64,000 nt of DNA from Octopus vulgaris (Eukaryota). The notes beneath the pieces are model-generated. The model did not search any database and was not told the origin of the DNA. It saw only the letters and a program-made list of their open reading frames with translations. Numbering within the stretch: the stretch's first letter is position 1; each line of letters starts with the position of its first letter. The position numbers were made by a program, and so were the translations under genes. Location of the stretch: contig OX597814.1 in assembly GCA_951406725.2 (NCBI GenBank), forward strand, positions 48,360,001-48,424,000, written 5' to 3'. Shown piece after piece: positions 11,848 to 23,783 of this stretch.

Positions 11848-13263
11848 TATTTGTAATAATATGATCTGCAAATAGAATGATTGAAACAGCATATATAATA
11901 TGAAGGTAAAAAGAGAAAGTTTAATGTAGAAAATTTGAGGCAAATCTTGATTGACTTAAAAAAACTCTTTATGTAATGGTTTTCTAACCATTTATTTCAA
12001 GTTATCAGCAAGTGTACTTCAGTTCTAGTTCTATCATTCTATTTACTGCCACGAGAACAGAATAACAGATTACAATAGAATTATAATTTGGAGAATACAT
12101 TCAAATTAAGTTGATTTTTAATTAACTTTTTTTTCTATTTGTAAGTATATATGTATGTAGTTACATACTTATAATACTCTGCTTTGCTACAAACTGGTAT
12201 TGAGTTCTTTTTACAAGCCTAATGAATAAAAATGGCATTCATGTATGCATTCATTCACAAAAGGCAAAATTTAAAGCATCTTTTATGCATTACAAATGTC
12301 TGTATAACTGTCTTGTTTTTCAACATTATTTTTACAAACATACACTTCCTGCTTGTTTATACTGAATAATATAGTAGTAATATATTTTTGGAGTGATTTC
12401 ACTGGAACTAGAATTATACAAAACATTGTTGTTAATAACAGTGTATCTCACAAACACAACATGAACAATGGTATAATTATACAATGTATGTGTGTGTGTT
12501 GTTTTAAAAATGAATGTATTCAAATAAATATGAATAATAAGAAAGGTGTTTTGCCATTTTGCCTTTCTATCTATTTTCTCTATACTGATGTACATTTTCA
12601 TTCTACCTGCCTCTCCCACCCCCACACCTTTTATTTGGCAAATAATTTGATCAGAGAACATGTAGTCAAATGAAAATATTGATTGCATCATAAGTGAGTG
12701 ATAATGGTTGTTGTTGAGAATTTGTATATTTTCTAGTTGATCAATTGAAGACAAAAGTTTTAACAAAGAAAATCTACATAATATACTATTGCGCATGCTA
12801 TATTCATCATCATCATCATTGTTTTAATGTCCACTTTTCAATCCTTGCATGGGTTGGATGGAATTTGCCGAGGCAGATTTTTGCATGACCAGATGTGCCC
12901 TTCCTGTTTCCACCCCTCACCTATTTCCCAATTAATTAATGTTTCCCCATGACCAGACATGTTTCTACAGAATATTGGAAATAAAGGACCCCATTTGCAT
13001 GACAGTGACACTCATTTACAACTATCATGTAATGTCAAAACATGGAGGCAGCAATACACACATGGTCATTTCATCATGTTAAACCATTAATCCCAACACA
13101 TTTTTTCCTCTCTCTCTCCACTTTTCCTCTCATTCCTTTCTATCGAAAAGCATAAGATCGGAGGGCCAAAAACTTTTCCATTTTTCTCGAGTGTCAAACT
13201 AATCACCTTCTTGTTGTTCTCTCATCTGTCTTTGTCTTTTGTTTTCTATAAATTTGAAGTATA

Positions 13264-14760
13264 TCATCATCATCGTTTAACATCTGCTTTCCATGCTGGT
13301 GTGACTGAGGACTGGCAAGCCAGATGGCTGCACCAGGCTCCAATCTGATCTGGCAGAGTTTCTACAGCTGGATGCCCTTCCTAACACCAACCACTCTGAG
13401 AATGTAGTGGGTGCTTTTACGTGCCAGGCAGTACTGGCAATGGCCACGCTCAAATGGTGTTTTTATGTGCCACCTGCACAGGAGCCAGTCTAGCAGCACT
13501 GGCAACAACCTCACTCAAATGTTGTTTTTCACGTGCCAGTAAGACGATGCTGGTAACGATCATGCTCGAATGGTGCGTTTTATGTGCCACCGGCATGGGA
13601 GCCACTCAGCAGCCCTGGCAATGATCATGCTTGGATGGTGCTCTTAACGCTTCATTGGCATGGATGCCAGTCATGCAGTGCTGTCATCGAATTTGATTTC
13701 AGTTTCGATTTCACTTGCCTCAACAGGTCTTCACAAGCAGAGTTTAGTGTCCAATGAAGGAAACGTATGCATATGTAGGCTGGTTACATCACTGGCATAG
13801 GCCATGGGTTATGGTCTTGGCTTGCTGGATCTTCTCAAGCACAGCATATTTCCAAAGGTCTCAGTCACTAGTTATTGCCTTGGTGAGGCCTAATGTTTGA
13901 AGGTCGTGCTTCACCACCTCATCCTAGGTCTTCCTGGGTCTACCTCTTCCACACTCTCAACTGCTAGGGTGTGACACTTTTTCACACAGCTATCCTCATC
14001 CATTCGTTCCACATGACCATACCAGCACAGTTGTCTCTCTTGCACACTACATCTGCTTCTTAGGTCCACCTTTTTTCTCAAGACACTTACACTGTTGAGT
14101 ATGCACACTGACATTACACATCCAGCGGAGCATACTGGCTTCATTCCTTGTGAGCTTACACATGTCCTCAGCAGTCATGGCCCATGTTTCACTGCCATGT
14201 AGCATGGCTATTCATACACATACGTCATACAGTCTACTTTTTACTCCGAGTGAGAGGCCCTTTGTCACCAGCAGAGGTAGGAGCTCTCTGAACTTTGCCC
14301 AGGCTATTCTTATTCTAGCAGCTACACATTCAGAGCACCCACCCCCACTACTGACTTGGTCACCTAGGTAACGGAAGCTATCAACTACTTCTGATTTTTA
14401 TCCCTGGAATGTGGCAGAAGTTGTTCTCTGCACATTTTCATTGTTTAGTACTTCTGAGCATCTGCCACATACATTAACTATCTTCCCAGTTAACCTTCCT
14501 TTGATATTGCTGCACCTCTTATGTGTCCATGGCTTACACTGGGTACATCTTATAGAGTTTCTACCTACGCCTTTTCTACAGATCGAGCAGGGCCATCTAC
14601 CTGAAGGGATGTGTGGTTTGTCTGCCTTTCTGCTTATTAGGACTTTGGTATTAGCCAGGTTGACTCTAAGGCCCTTCGATTCTAATCCTTACTTCCACAC
14701 CTGAAACTTCTCCTCTAGCTCTGATAGTGATTCAGCAATTAGAGCAAGGTTCATCAGCAT
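13264..14760 (-). mobile_element. 5'-truncated RTE LINE with complete 3'UTR and (GAT)n tail
   Basis: YADE motif at about 14750, Cys-rich segment, WYGHVERMDEDSCVKKC, GRPRKT, then a tandem-repeat 3'UTR and tail matching the family A repeats. Confidence 0.9.
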
Positions 14761-15686
14761 ATTTATATATGGTGGGCTTCTTTCAGTTTCTCTCTAAGAA
14801 AGTCACTTGCAAGGCTTTTCACTTATTTTACAAAATTTTTGGCAATATATTTTTATATAGTTCTAACAAGATCTTAAATTGCTTTCATGACAAAGCCTAC
14901 ATTATTTCAGAGAAAGCTTTCTCACATCAAATCATATTCAATAAATTGCAATTTTATGAATTAGTAGTTGAGAAGCTTTTTCACTTTGGAATTACATGAA
15001 ATGTATCAGTAGTGTTTTGGAAAATATACTGTGATGTGTATACCATTTAAAATTTTGTTATGCTTTGTTGCAATAATGCCTAGATTGAGATAATCTTTTC
15101 TAACATAAACTCAAGGCCATAAATTTAAAGGTGGAGGTTAGTTGACCTCCTTGTTTGACTGCTTATACACACATATCTAAAGAAAGGTTATCGCTACTTG
15201 ACAGATTTTGTCAATACATTAATTTCAATAAAACTTGAAATGATGAAATAATATTACCATATGTCAACTATTATAATTTCTTTGAAATGTTATGCAATTA
15301 TTATATATTCATATATGTCACCACACATTTCTGTTTTCAATGACTGAATTGATATTAACTGCTAATAAAAAGTATAAGGCCGCTCTAATTTGAAATGTTA
15401 CAGAAACCTGTAATTTGGATGTTTGTTATCAGCAGTTTTTAAAATTGATATCCTCATAGCAATGACCTTAGTTTATATTTAGTTAACCTGTATTTACTTT
15501 CATATTTTCTATTAGTAGTTTTTCTTTTCAACTAGTTAGTAGAAGGACTTGACAACTTGAAAGAGCAACTTTGTTTTACAAATCCTTTGTTTGTGGAGAA
15601 GCTGCCATATATTAACATGTGTATATTATCTAACTGAATTAATATTTTCTTATAAAATAGTGTGCAGTAGTCTATGAATAGCCTTA

Positions 15687-15902
15687 TTCTTTTCTACTCT
15701 AGGCACAAGGACTGAAATTTTGGGGGAGGGGGCTAGTCGATTAGATCAACCCCAGTATGCAACTGGTACTTAATTTATTGACCCTGAAAGGATGAAAGGC
15801 AAAGTCAACCTCAGCGGAATTTGAACTCAGAATGTAAAGACAGATGAAATACCACTAAGCATTTCGTCCGGGCTGCTAATGTTTCTGCCAGCTTGCTGCC
15901 TT
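15687..15902 (-). mobile_element. tRNA-derived SINE (monomer of the 23386 family)
   Basis: ggcagcaagctggcagaaac...ctgagttcaaattccgctgaggttgactttgcctttcatcctttcagggtc; tail tagagtagaaaagaat. Confidence 0.8.
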
Positions 15903-15974
15903 TGTGGATTGCAATATTGAAGAATTTTCATTATCAAATTTTCTGAAGAAAATATTAATGTTACTAAAACTATT

Positions 15975-16019
<45 letters not shown>

Positions 16020-16197
16020 TTAATACTATTAATTTTAGTACACATATTTTAAGCTAAATTATATCTTCACAGTTAAATACACTTTTCTATCTATTTACTC
16101 TATTTTTTTACCTTAAATATTTAACATAATAAATGTATTGTGGGAAACTGATATTAATGTTTTAAAATTCAAATTTAGTTAATGGTATTTCTTCTAT

Positions 16198-16578
16198 CAT
16201 CATCATCATCATCATCATCGTTTAGCGTCCGTTTTCCATGCTAGCATGGGTTGGACGGTTCTACTGGGGTCTGTGAAGCCAGAAGGTTTCATCAGGCCCA
16301 GTCAAATCTGGCAGTGTTTCTACGGCTGGATGCCCTTCCTAACGCCAACCACTCCGTGAGTGTAGTGGGTGCTTTTTACGTGCCACCCGCACTGGTGCCA
16401 GACAGAGCTGGCAAACGGCCACGAACGGATGGTGCTTTTTATGTGCCACCGGCACGAGGGCCAGGCGAGGCTGGCAATGGACACGAAACGGGGCGGTGCT
16501 GGCAACGGTCGCGAAACGGAAAGTTCTCTTACATGCCACCGGCACTGGTAACACATCTGCAATTTCCATTGATCGATT
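16198..16578 (-). mobile_element. RTE 3' end copy (family A)
   Basis: (CAT)n cgtttagcgtccgttttccatgctagc plus internal tandem units. Confidence 0.85.
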
Positions 16579-16657
16579 TCTATAAGAAAAGCATTATTTT
16601 ATTTTATTTTTTAATAAATATTGTTTAACTCTATTTGCTTAATTAGCTATTATTGTT

Positions 16658-16757
16658 AACCTGAAGATTGACTATAATTTTAAATTGAATTCTTTTCAAT
16701 TAAATTTAAATTTAATTGTAATTCGAATTTAATTATAGCCATGAAATGTTTGTAGTT
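16658..16757 (+). ncRNA. Degenerate type-I hammerhead ribozyme, relative of 2050-2119
   Basis: aac CTGAAGA ttgactataatt...aattatagccat GAAAt gttt GTA gtt. Stem I aac/gtt (compensatory versus cac/gtg); stem III altered by CpG-type C>T changes; downstream ggttttatctctaattt shared with the 1919 element. Confidence 0.65.
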
Positions 16758-16921
16758 TTTTACTTATTATATATTGATTATTCACTTTTATACTTTTTGT
16801 GATGTAATTATGTTTTATAAAAATATGTTTTGGTTTGTGTCTATCATTGTTTGAATTGCATAACAGAGGTTTTATCTCTAATTTGTGTTTTATATATTAG
16901 TATATATATATATATATATAA

Positions 16922-17210
16922 CTGTTCTGCACATACTCGTAGTACAGTGTTCAACCATTTCCGACCTGTGGGCCTAGTTTGAACGACTGCTATTGTTTGT
17001 GGGACGAGTCAGTTTATCAACTGAGTCTATCATGAATATTGAAGCGCCTCCTTCCTTGAAATGGGAAAGATGAGCCATTTTCATCATACTTGTGGCTATG
17101 CTGAAAGAATGTGTATGGTGGACGCATCTGAAAAGTCTAGAGACAAACACTTTCCTGTCTAGTGAATCTCTCATCAATTTCTTCAAGTATCAACTTCAAG
17201 TAAAAGAATA
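16922..17210 (+). mobile_element. L1/Tx1-type LINE ORF2 C-terminal (zinc-binding) fragment
   Basis: TVLH..VQCSTISDLW ... VAMLKECVWWTHLKSL ... SLINFFKYQL. Confidence 0.55.
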
Positions 17211-17908
17211 GAGTCGTACTTGATTTGTATGACTCTATTCTTTTCTTCTTTTATTCTTTCCTTCTTTCTATCAGCTCTTTCAAGCTTACTTCGTTCATTC
17301 CACTCTTCGTTCTTTTGTTCCCCCTCTCTCACATTATATTGCCTTCTCTTCATGCTCACTTTCCCTCCTCTTTTCACTTCACTGTGTCCCTGTCATTTTT
17401 TGTCGCCCCCTCCTTATTTCTCCTGTCCCTCTGTCTATTCCTCTCTCGCTTCTCTCCCTACGTGACCGGTGTTCAGCTAAGCCTCACCTTTGTTTCTTAG
17501 TTTGGCTGCTGTCCGTGCAACATCTATATTCTTCCCTGTGCCTGTGAAATTATGTATCCCTGCCGTAAGGCTTTACTTCCACACATGCCAGCTTAATTTA
17601 ATTCATCCTTAGTCAAAAGACACCTGTTGTTATGTCCTGTTATTTGTATTTGTGTAACCTTCTCTTTTTTTTTTCCATCCTTGTTTTTGTATACATTTGC
17701 TGCTTTCCTCCAAGGAATCTAATGCTCTTAGCTTAGTTTTTCCTTGGGGCTGGCCAGATTGGAGCAATCTTGAGTATAACCAGCTGAAATTGCTAAGGTA
17801 ATCTGGAACTCGACTGAGGAAAGAAAACTTCGAATAACCTGTCCTTGTTTTCTTTGTATCATCAATATGGATGTATATCACCTGTCTGGATGTTTTGCGG
17901 TCTTGTCT

Positions 17909-17974
<66 letters not shown>

Positions 17975-17995
17975 ATATATATATATAGTATATGT

Positions 17996-18240
17996 GGAGG
18001 CATGTGGCTTAGTGGTTAGGGTGTTGAACTCATGATTGTAATGTTGTGGTTTCGATTCCTGGACTGGGCGATGCGTTGTGTTTTTGAGCAAAACACTTCA
18101 TTTCACATTGCTCCAGTTCACTCAGCTGGCAAAAATGAGTAATCCTGTGATGGACCGGCGTCCCGTTCAGGTGGGGATTTTCTATGCCGCTGAAACCAGG
18201 AAACTGGCCCTTATGAGCCTGACATTGCTCGAGAAGTAAC
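17996..18240 (+). mobile_element. tRNA-derived SINE (family D)
   Basis: A box tggcttagtgg, B box gtttcgattcc; related copy at 33362-33685. Confidence 0.8.
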
Positions 18241-18253
18241 ATTTATATATATA

Positions 18254-18299
<46 letters not shown>

Positions 18300-18377
18300 A
18301 TGATGATATATATATAGTATCTATATATAATATATATATATAGTATCTATATATAATATATATAGTATATATATATC

Positions 18378-18782
18378 TCTTTCTCTTTACTCTTTTACTT
18401 GTTTCACTCATTTGACTGCGGCCATGCTGGAGCACCGCCTTTAGTCGAGCAAATCGACCCCGGGACTTATTCTTTGTAAGCCCAGTACTTATTCTATCGG
18501 TCTCTTTTGCCGAACCGCTAAGTGACAGGGACATAAACACACCAGCATCGGTTGTCAAGCAATGCTAGAGGGACAAACACAGACACACAAACATATACAT
18601 ACACATACATACATATATATACATATATACGACAGGCTTCTTTCAGTTTCCGTCTCCCAAATCCACTCACAAGGCATTGGTTGGCCCGAAGCTATAGCAG
18701 AAGACACTTGCCCAAGATGCCACGCAGTGGGACTGAACCCAGAACCATGTGGTTGGTAGGCAAGCTACTTACCACACAGCCA

Positions 18783-18786
<4 letters not shown>
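18378..18786 (-). mobile_element. tRNA-derived SINE (family B)
   Basis: Minus strand gagtggctgtgtggtaagtagcttgcc...ggttcagtcccactgcgtggc; tail gaaacaagtaaaagag; many copies in the window. Confidence 0.85.
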
Positions 18787-18830
<44 letters not shown>

Positions 18831-18869
18831 ACTATATGTATATTGTAAATATATATATATATATATATA

Positions 18870-19455
18870 GTATATTTGTCCTAAGCTGCTTTGACTATTG
18901 CTTTCAACTATGGTCACCAACCAGTGCAAAATTAATTGCAGAACTTGAGGCTATCCAATGAAGCTACAGAAAGAAGATAGCCTTTATGCAGCATGTAAGC
19001 TACTGGGAAAGACTCAAGAGATTGAAACTCTATTCACTAGAGTGTAGGCGGGAAACATATGCCATAATATGCATCTTGAAGATCCTGGAGGGACTAGTCC
19101 AAAACTTGATCATTGAGAGTTACACTAATGCTAGAACTGGATGCCACTGCATAATGCCAAAGATTCCAACTTTGCCATCAAAATATAGGACAAGATATTG
19201 CAGCAACCTGGGCTTTAAAGGCCCACAGCTTTTCAATATCCTCCTGAAGGACCTGAGAGACCTGCATGGGGTGGATGTGTTTTCAAAATGAAACTAGATC
19301 TCTCACTGTCATGTGTCCCAGATGAACCAGCTTCACAGCAGGAAGTGCAAATGAGGGCCGTGGCATCAAACTCCCTCATGCACCAAATGTCAAGTTCTGA
19401 AAAGAATTAGTGAAGTAAAAATTATGTAGCAACACCAGATGGCAGTGCCCTAGCA
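18870..19455 (+). mobile_element. CR1-type LINE 3' fragment
   Basis: DYCFQLWSP, SYWERLKRLKLYSLECRRE, GFKGPQLFNIL. Confidence 0.8.
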
Positions 19456-19690
19456 TTAATGCCTGTTAAATGTGTGTGTGTGTCTGTGTTTGTCCTTTCC
19501 CACCATTTGGCAATCAGTGTTGGTTTGTTTATATCCCTACAACTTAGTGGTTCATCAAAAGAGACTGACAGAATAAATATTAGAGAAAGAAATTCTGGAT
19601 GTGATTTATTTGACTAAAACCCTTCAAGGCAGTGCCCCAGCATGACTGCAGTTCAGTGACTGAAACAAATAACAGAAGAAAAGATGATAT

Positions 19691-19912
19691 TTAACCTTTT
19701 GGCATTGAGATTATTCTGTCAAATATAACCCTTATTTATTTCCATTACTTTGAATTAATCATGCATTGTCTTGTAGTTTTGAGGTTTTGATGATGTGATT
19801 GTTTAGTTTTAGAAGGAAATTGTGCTATTGTTATGAGAGGCCAAATTTGGCCAGTTTCAACATAAAACTGGTCGAATATTTTGGGCCAGGTATGGTTGGT
19901 ATAAAGGGTTAA
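19691..19912. mobile_element. piggyBac-type MITE
   Basis: TTAA ccttttggcatt ... aaaggg TTAA; same family at 34526 and 41769. Confidence 0.7.
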
Positions 19913-21556
19913 ATGCTAAAAGGCCTTCTTGACCATGTTTTGCGTGTAGTTAAAATGGTTAATTAGGGATCATTTATTTATTTTAATTTTAGGTTGGCTG
20001 TTGTAAATTGGCTTCAACAAATCTATACATACTTTACTTTTCAATGGCAACAACTAGACAGAGTTGGGTGACACACCTGCGCTGTGCCAGCTACTGTGAT
20101 TTAAACCAGCAAATAATTATCAATGTATTAAACTTGTAAATATATTAATTTAAAACGATACTAAATTAAATTACTTATCATTGGCCAAGAATTGAAACTA
20201 TCCTGCAAACCCAGTTTGCTATGAAAATAATAATAATAATAAAAGGAAGCTAGTGAAAGAATGCTGTATTTGAGGATTAGCAACAACATTCCTATATAAA
20301 GCACTTACAGCATTAGTTGTGCTAATAATAGGAATATTCTAGACTTGTACTTAGAATTGCTTTTTTTTTTTTTTGAAAAGCAGAAGATACACTATATTTG
20401 TGTAACACTTCATCTGTAATCTGGATTGAGATCTGTAAATATTAAATAGCTGTTTGGAATCAAGTTGACATTTACTTTGGATTATAAACCTTGACTTTTA
20501 GTCGCAAATTCAGTTATAGCAATAACATATCATAGGCATAATTTTTACCACTTTCATGGCCATTTTTCAATGTCTGTACATATTAATTTTGAAATAACCT
20601 CTTTTCATATGTTTCTGTCACTTCATCTTATCTTCATCTTAAATAGCATCTTCTGTTAGGTTCATGGAAGATGTTTCCTTTTAATTAGAAACTTCACTAA
20701 TTGCATTTATAATGGAGCATATAATACAATCATTAGAACTGATGAAAAATAGTAGTTAGTAGCCTACATGCACAAAAAAGAGAAATGAGATGTGTTTGAT
20801 TATTATGAGGATAGAAAATATTTCTAATGAATGGCTTTGTTTAAAATATAGACATTTCCTCTCCCTCTGCTCTTTTAAAGCAAAATGAATGACGCCTGTT
20901 TTTGTTATTAATAATAGTTAGCTATTGTTAGACTCTAATATACTGAAGGAGACAGTTACTTGTCTCCTTGAGTTTTAGTGTTTGTTTCTAATATAAATCC
21001 CTTTGCTTGGAGTCATGATGTTTGAAATTAGAAACAATTAAATACAAAATTTCAATATAATAAATTGTTTTAAAGTTAAATGCATATTAGAATAGTGTTT
21101 TTAAATTCTGCTTTGTGTAGGAATATACTGTTCCAGAAACTTTTAGCAGTTTTAGTTTGGGAAAGATCTTGTTATTATTAAAAGCAATTCATAATACCTC
21201 ACGTTTCCAGACCAAGGCAGTGTGTATGGTATCTTTATCCACATTATTACTGCTTTTAGAGCTATTCTGGTGTGGTAGGCGAAGATGCTCCATGATTTTA
21301 GCCAGGTGTCAGATGTTTCTGGGCTGTGTGATGCAAAAAAGCATCTTTTACTTTTTTGGCATTTTTCTGACATGTACTACTATGATGGGCAAACACCTTA
21401 TTTTGTTGGGATAAAGGATATTTTTTTTTTGAATAAGAGATCTAAAGGAATATACATTTGATGATTGTTTTAGTGACATGCTTAGAAATATATATAAATA
21501 AGTCTAAAAAGATACATTTCAAATGCCAATCCAGTTACAACTAACAACTTCATAAT

Positions 21557-21836
21557 ACATCATCATCATCATCGTTTAACGTCCGTTCTCCATGCTAGCA
21601 TGGGTTGGACAGTCCGACCGGGGATCTGGGAAGCCAGAAGGCTGCACCAGGCTCCAGTCTGATCTGGCAGAGTTTCTATGGCTGGATGCCCTTCCTAACG
21701 CCAACCACTCCGAAAGTGTAGTGGGTGCTTTTTACATGCCACCGGCACAGGTGCCGGGCGAGGCTGGCAACGGCCAGGATCGGATTGGTGCTTTTTACGT
21801 GCCACTGGCATGGAAGCCAGTCAAGGCGGTGCTGGT
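21557..21836 (-). mobile_element. RTE 3' end copy (family A)
   Basis: Family A sequence inserted into one copy of a local duplication; empty site at about 23280. Confidence 0.85.
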
Positions 21837-22029
21837 AACCCCTTGGACAGTAAAAAGGAGAAAGGCACCTGTGAGACTCAAACCTTGCAGACACTTTCAC
21901 TCAGACACTTGTGTTAACATTATAATAGAGTAAGGCGGTGAGCTGGTGGAAATGTTAGCATGGCAGGGCGAAATGCTTAGTGGTATTTCGTCTGTCTTTA
22001 TATTCTGAGTTCAAAGTTAGAGCTGAAGT

Positions 22030-22560
22030 ATCTTTGCTGCAGAGAATAATCAACATTGTATTGCTGATTTGAAGAACCAAGGAATTCTAGGAATAGCGGT
22101 CGTAGTGTGGTAAATTGATATGGATTGCCTTCATTAGGTAATGGTTACATAGTCTTAGAGAAACATGTTGGTGGTTAAGTTAATCTGGAGGAACGAAACA
22201 AATCTAAAATGCCTGGATAGATAGTAGGTCAGTCAGAAATGTTGTACAAACAGTTCAAAATATTCTTAGAACATGAAGTGATATGATGCAGGCAGTTTAA
22301 AATTGGCAGATATTATCAACCATGTGCCATCAGGTCCAAGTAGGGTTGTGTATAGAAAATATCTAAAGAAGGTGGTTCCAGAGATGTGTAAGTGAGGTTG
22401 TTGTCATCATATGCAGAATGAAAGATAATCAAACAACAATTCAGTGAATAGTAGATACAGCTGATAAGTAGAGAGGAATGGAGAAAAACGGTTTTGAATG
22501 TCTTTGTTACCAATGTGGACAGAGAAGTAGTCGTAAACAGAGTGGTTTCCATTGCAATGC
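22030..22560 (-). mobile_element. Highly degraded LINE RT fragment
   Basis: HSAYDDNNLTY resembles HSYADDSTL, preceded by a decayed GSVLSP-like segment. Confidence 0.4.
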
Positions 22561-23385
22561 AAACTCAACTTTTAGGAAAGATTTTAAAGAGGCTAAGCTG
22601 CATTAATGTTAAAAGTTTACACATCAGATGTGAATTATATGTTTGGTTTGTGTGAATCAATGAAACTTTATATCTGGAAGCTGTGTTTTAATCTTTGAAA
22701 TTTTGATTATTGCTTTATGAGTGTATGAGATTTCCAGGCTTCTGTAATTTTTAGATAAATGTTTGAAAGTTAAGAATAAAAATAATTTTATGTAACAGAG
22801 TTAATGCTATAAGATATTTTTGAATATTATTTATATTATCAGGTTATCTTAAGATAGTTAAGCTCATTTTAAGTATTGGTCTTATCATTTTGTTGGTAAG
22901 TAGACAATCTTCATTTGGAGATGGATGTAACCAATAACAATAAATAACTCTTTTGTAAATGATATATTTTGAATGCCTGTCCAACTAATTAATAGCTCAT
23001 AATTCTTAGGGTTAAAAACCTTTTAGATAGAAAAAAGGCAGAGAGCCATTTGCAAGACTTGAACCAAATATTTACTTTAACCCCAACTGTTGTGATACCA
23101 TTGTGCTAAAGTAATTTTCAACTTTTATCCATCGAAATTAGAAGCTTTTGTCTTACCTGCAAGAAGGTAAGTTTGTCCACATTTAAAAAGTAACAATAGA
23201 AGTATCAAGAAATATATAAATAAGTCTAAAAAGATATATTTCAAATGCCAGTCAGTTACAACTAACAACTTCATAATACTTAGGATTAAAACCCCTTGGA
23301 TACTAAAAAGGAGAAAGGCACCTGTGAGACTCAAACCTTGTAGCTACTTTCACCCAGACACTTGTGTTAACATTATAATAGAGTA

Positions 23386-23783
23386 AATCGGTGAGCTGGT
23401 AGAAATGTTAGCACGCTGGGCGAAATGCTTAGTGGTATTTCGTCTGCTGCTACGTTCTGAGTTCAAATTCCACCAAGGTTGACTTTGCCTTTCATCCTTT
23501 TGGGGTCGATTAAATAAGTACCAGTTACGCACTGGGGTCGATATAATCGACTTAATCCATTTGTCTGTCCCTGTTTGTCCTCTCTGTGTTTAGCCCCTTG
23601 TGGGTAGTAAAGAAATAGGTATTTCGTCTGTCTTTATGTTCTGAGTTCAAATTCTGCCGAGGTCAGCTTTGCCTTTCATGCTTTCGGGGTCAATAAATTA
23701 AGTATCAGTTGCATACTGGGGCTAATCTAATCAATTGGCCTCCCTCCCAAAAAGTTTCAGGCCTTGTGCCTAGAGTAGAAAAG
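23386..23783 (+). mobile_element. Internally duplicated tRNA-SINE with 17-bp TSD
   Basis: TSD aacattataatagagta at 23369-23385 and 23784-23800; B-box/gcctttcatcc module present twice. Confidence 0.9.

Noticed and set aside
17780-17850. GAAA ... CTGAGGA motif in a dispersed repeat
   Set aside because: No consistent hammerhead helices or cleavage triplet
21213-21260. Hairpin starting aaggcagtgt (miR-34/449-like seed)
   Set aside because: Only about 45 nt and imperfect, with no match beyond the seed; no H/ACA boxes
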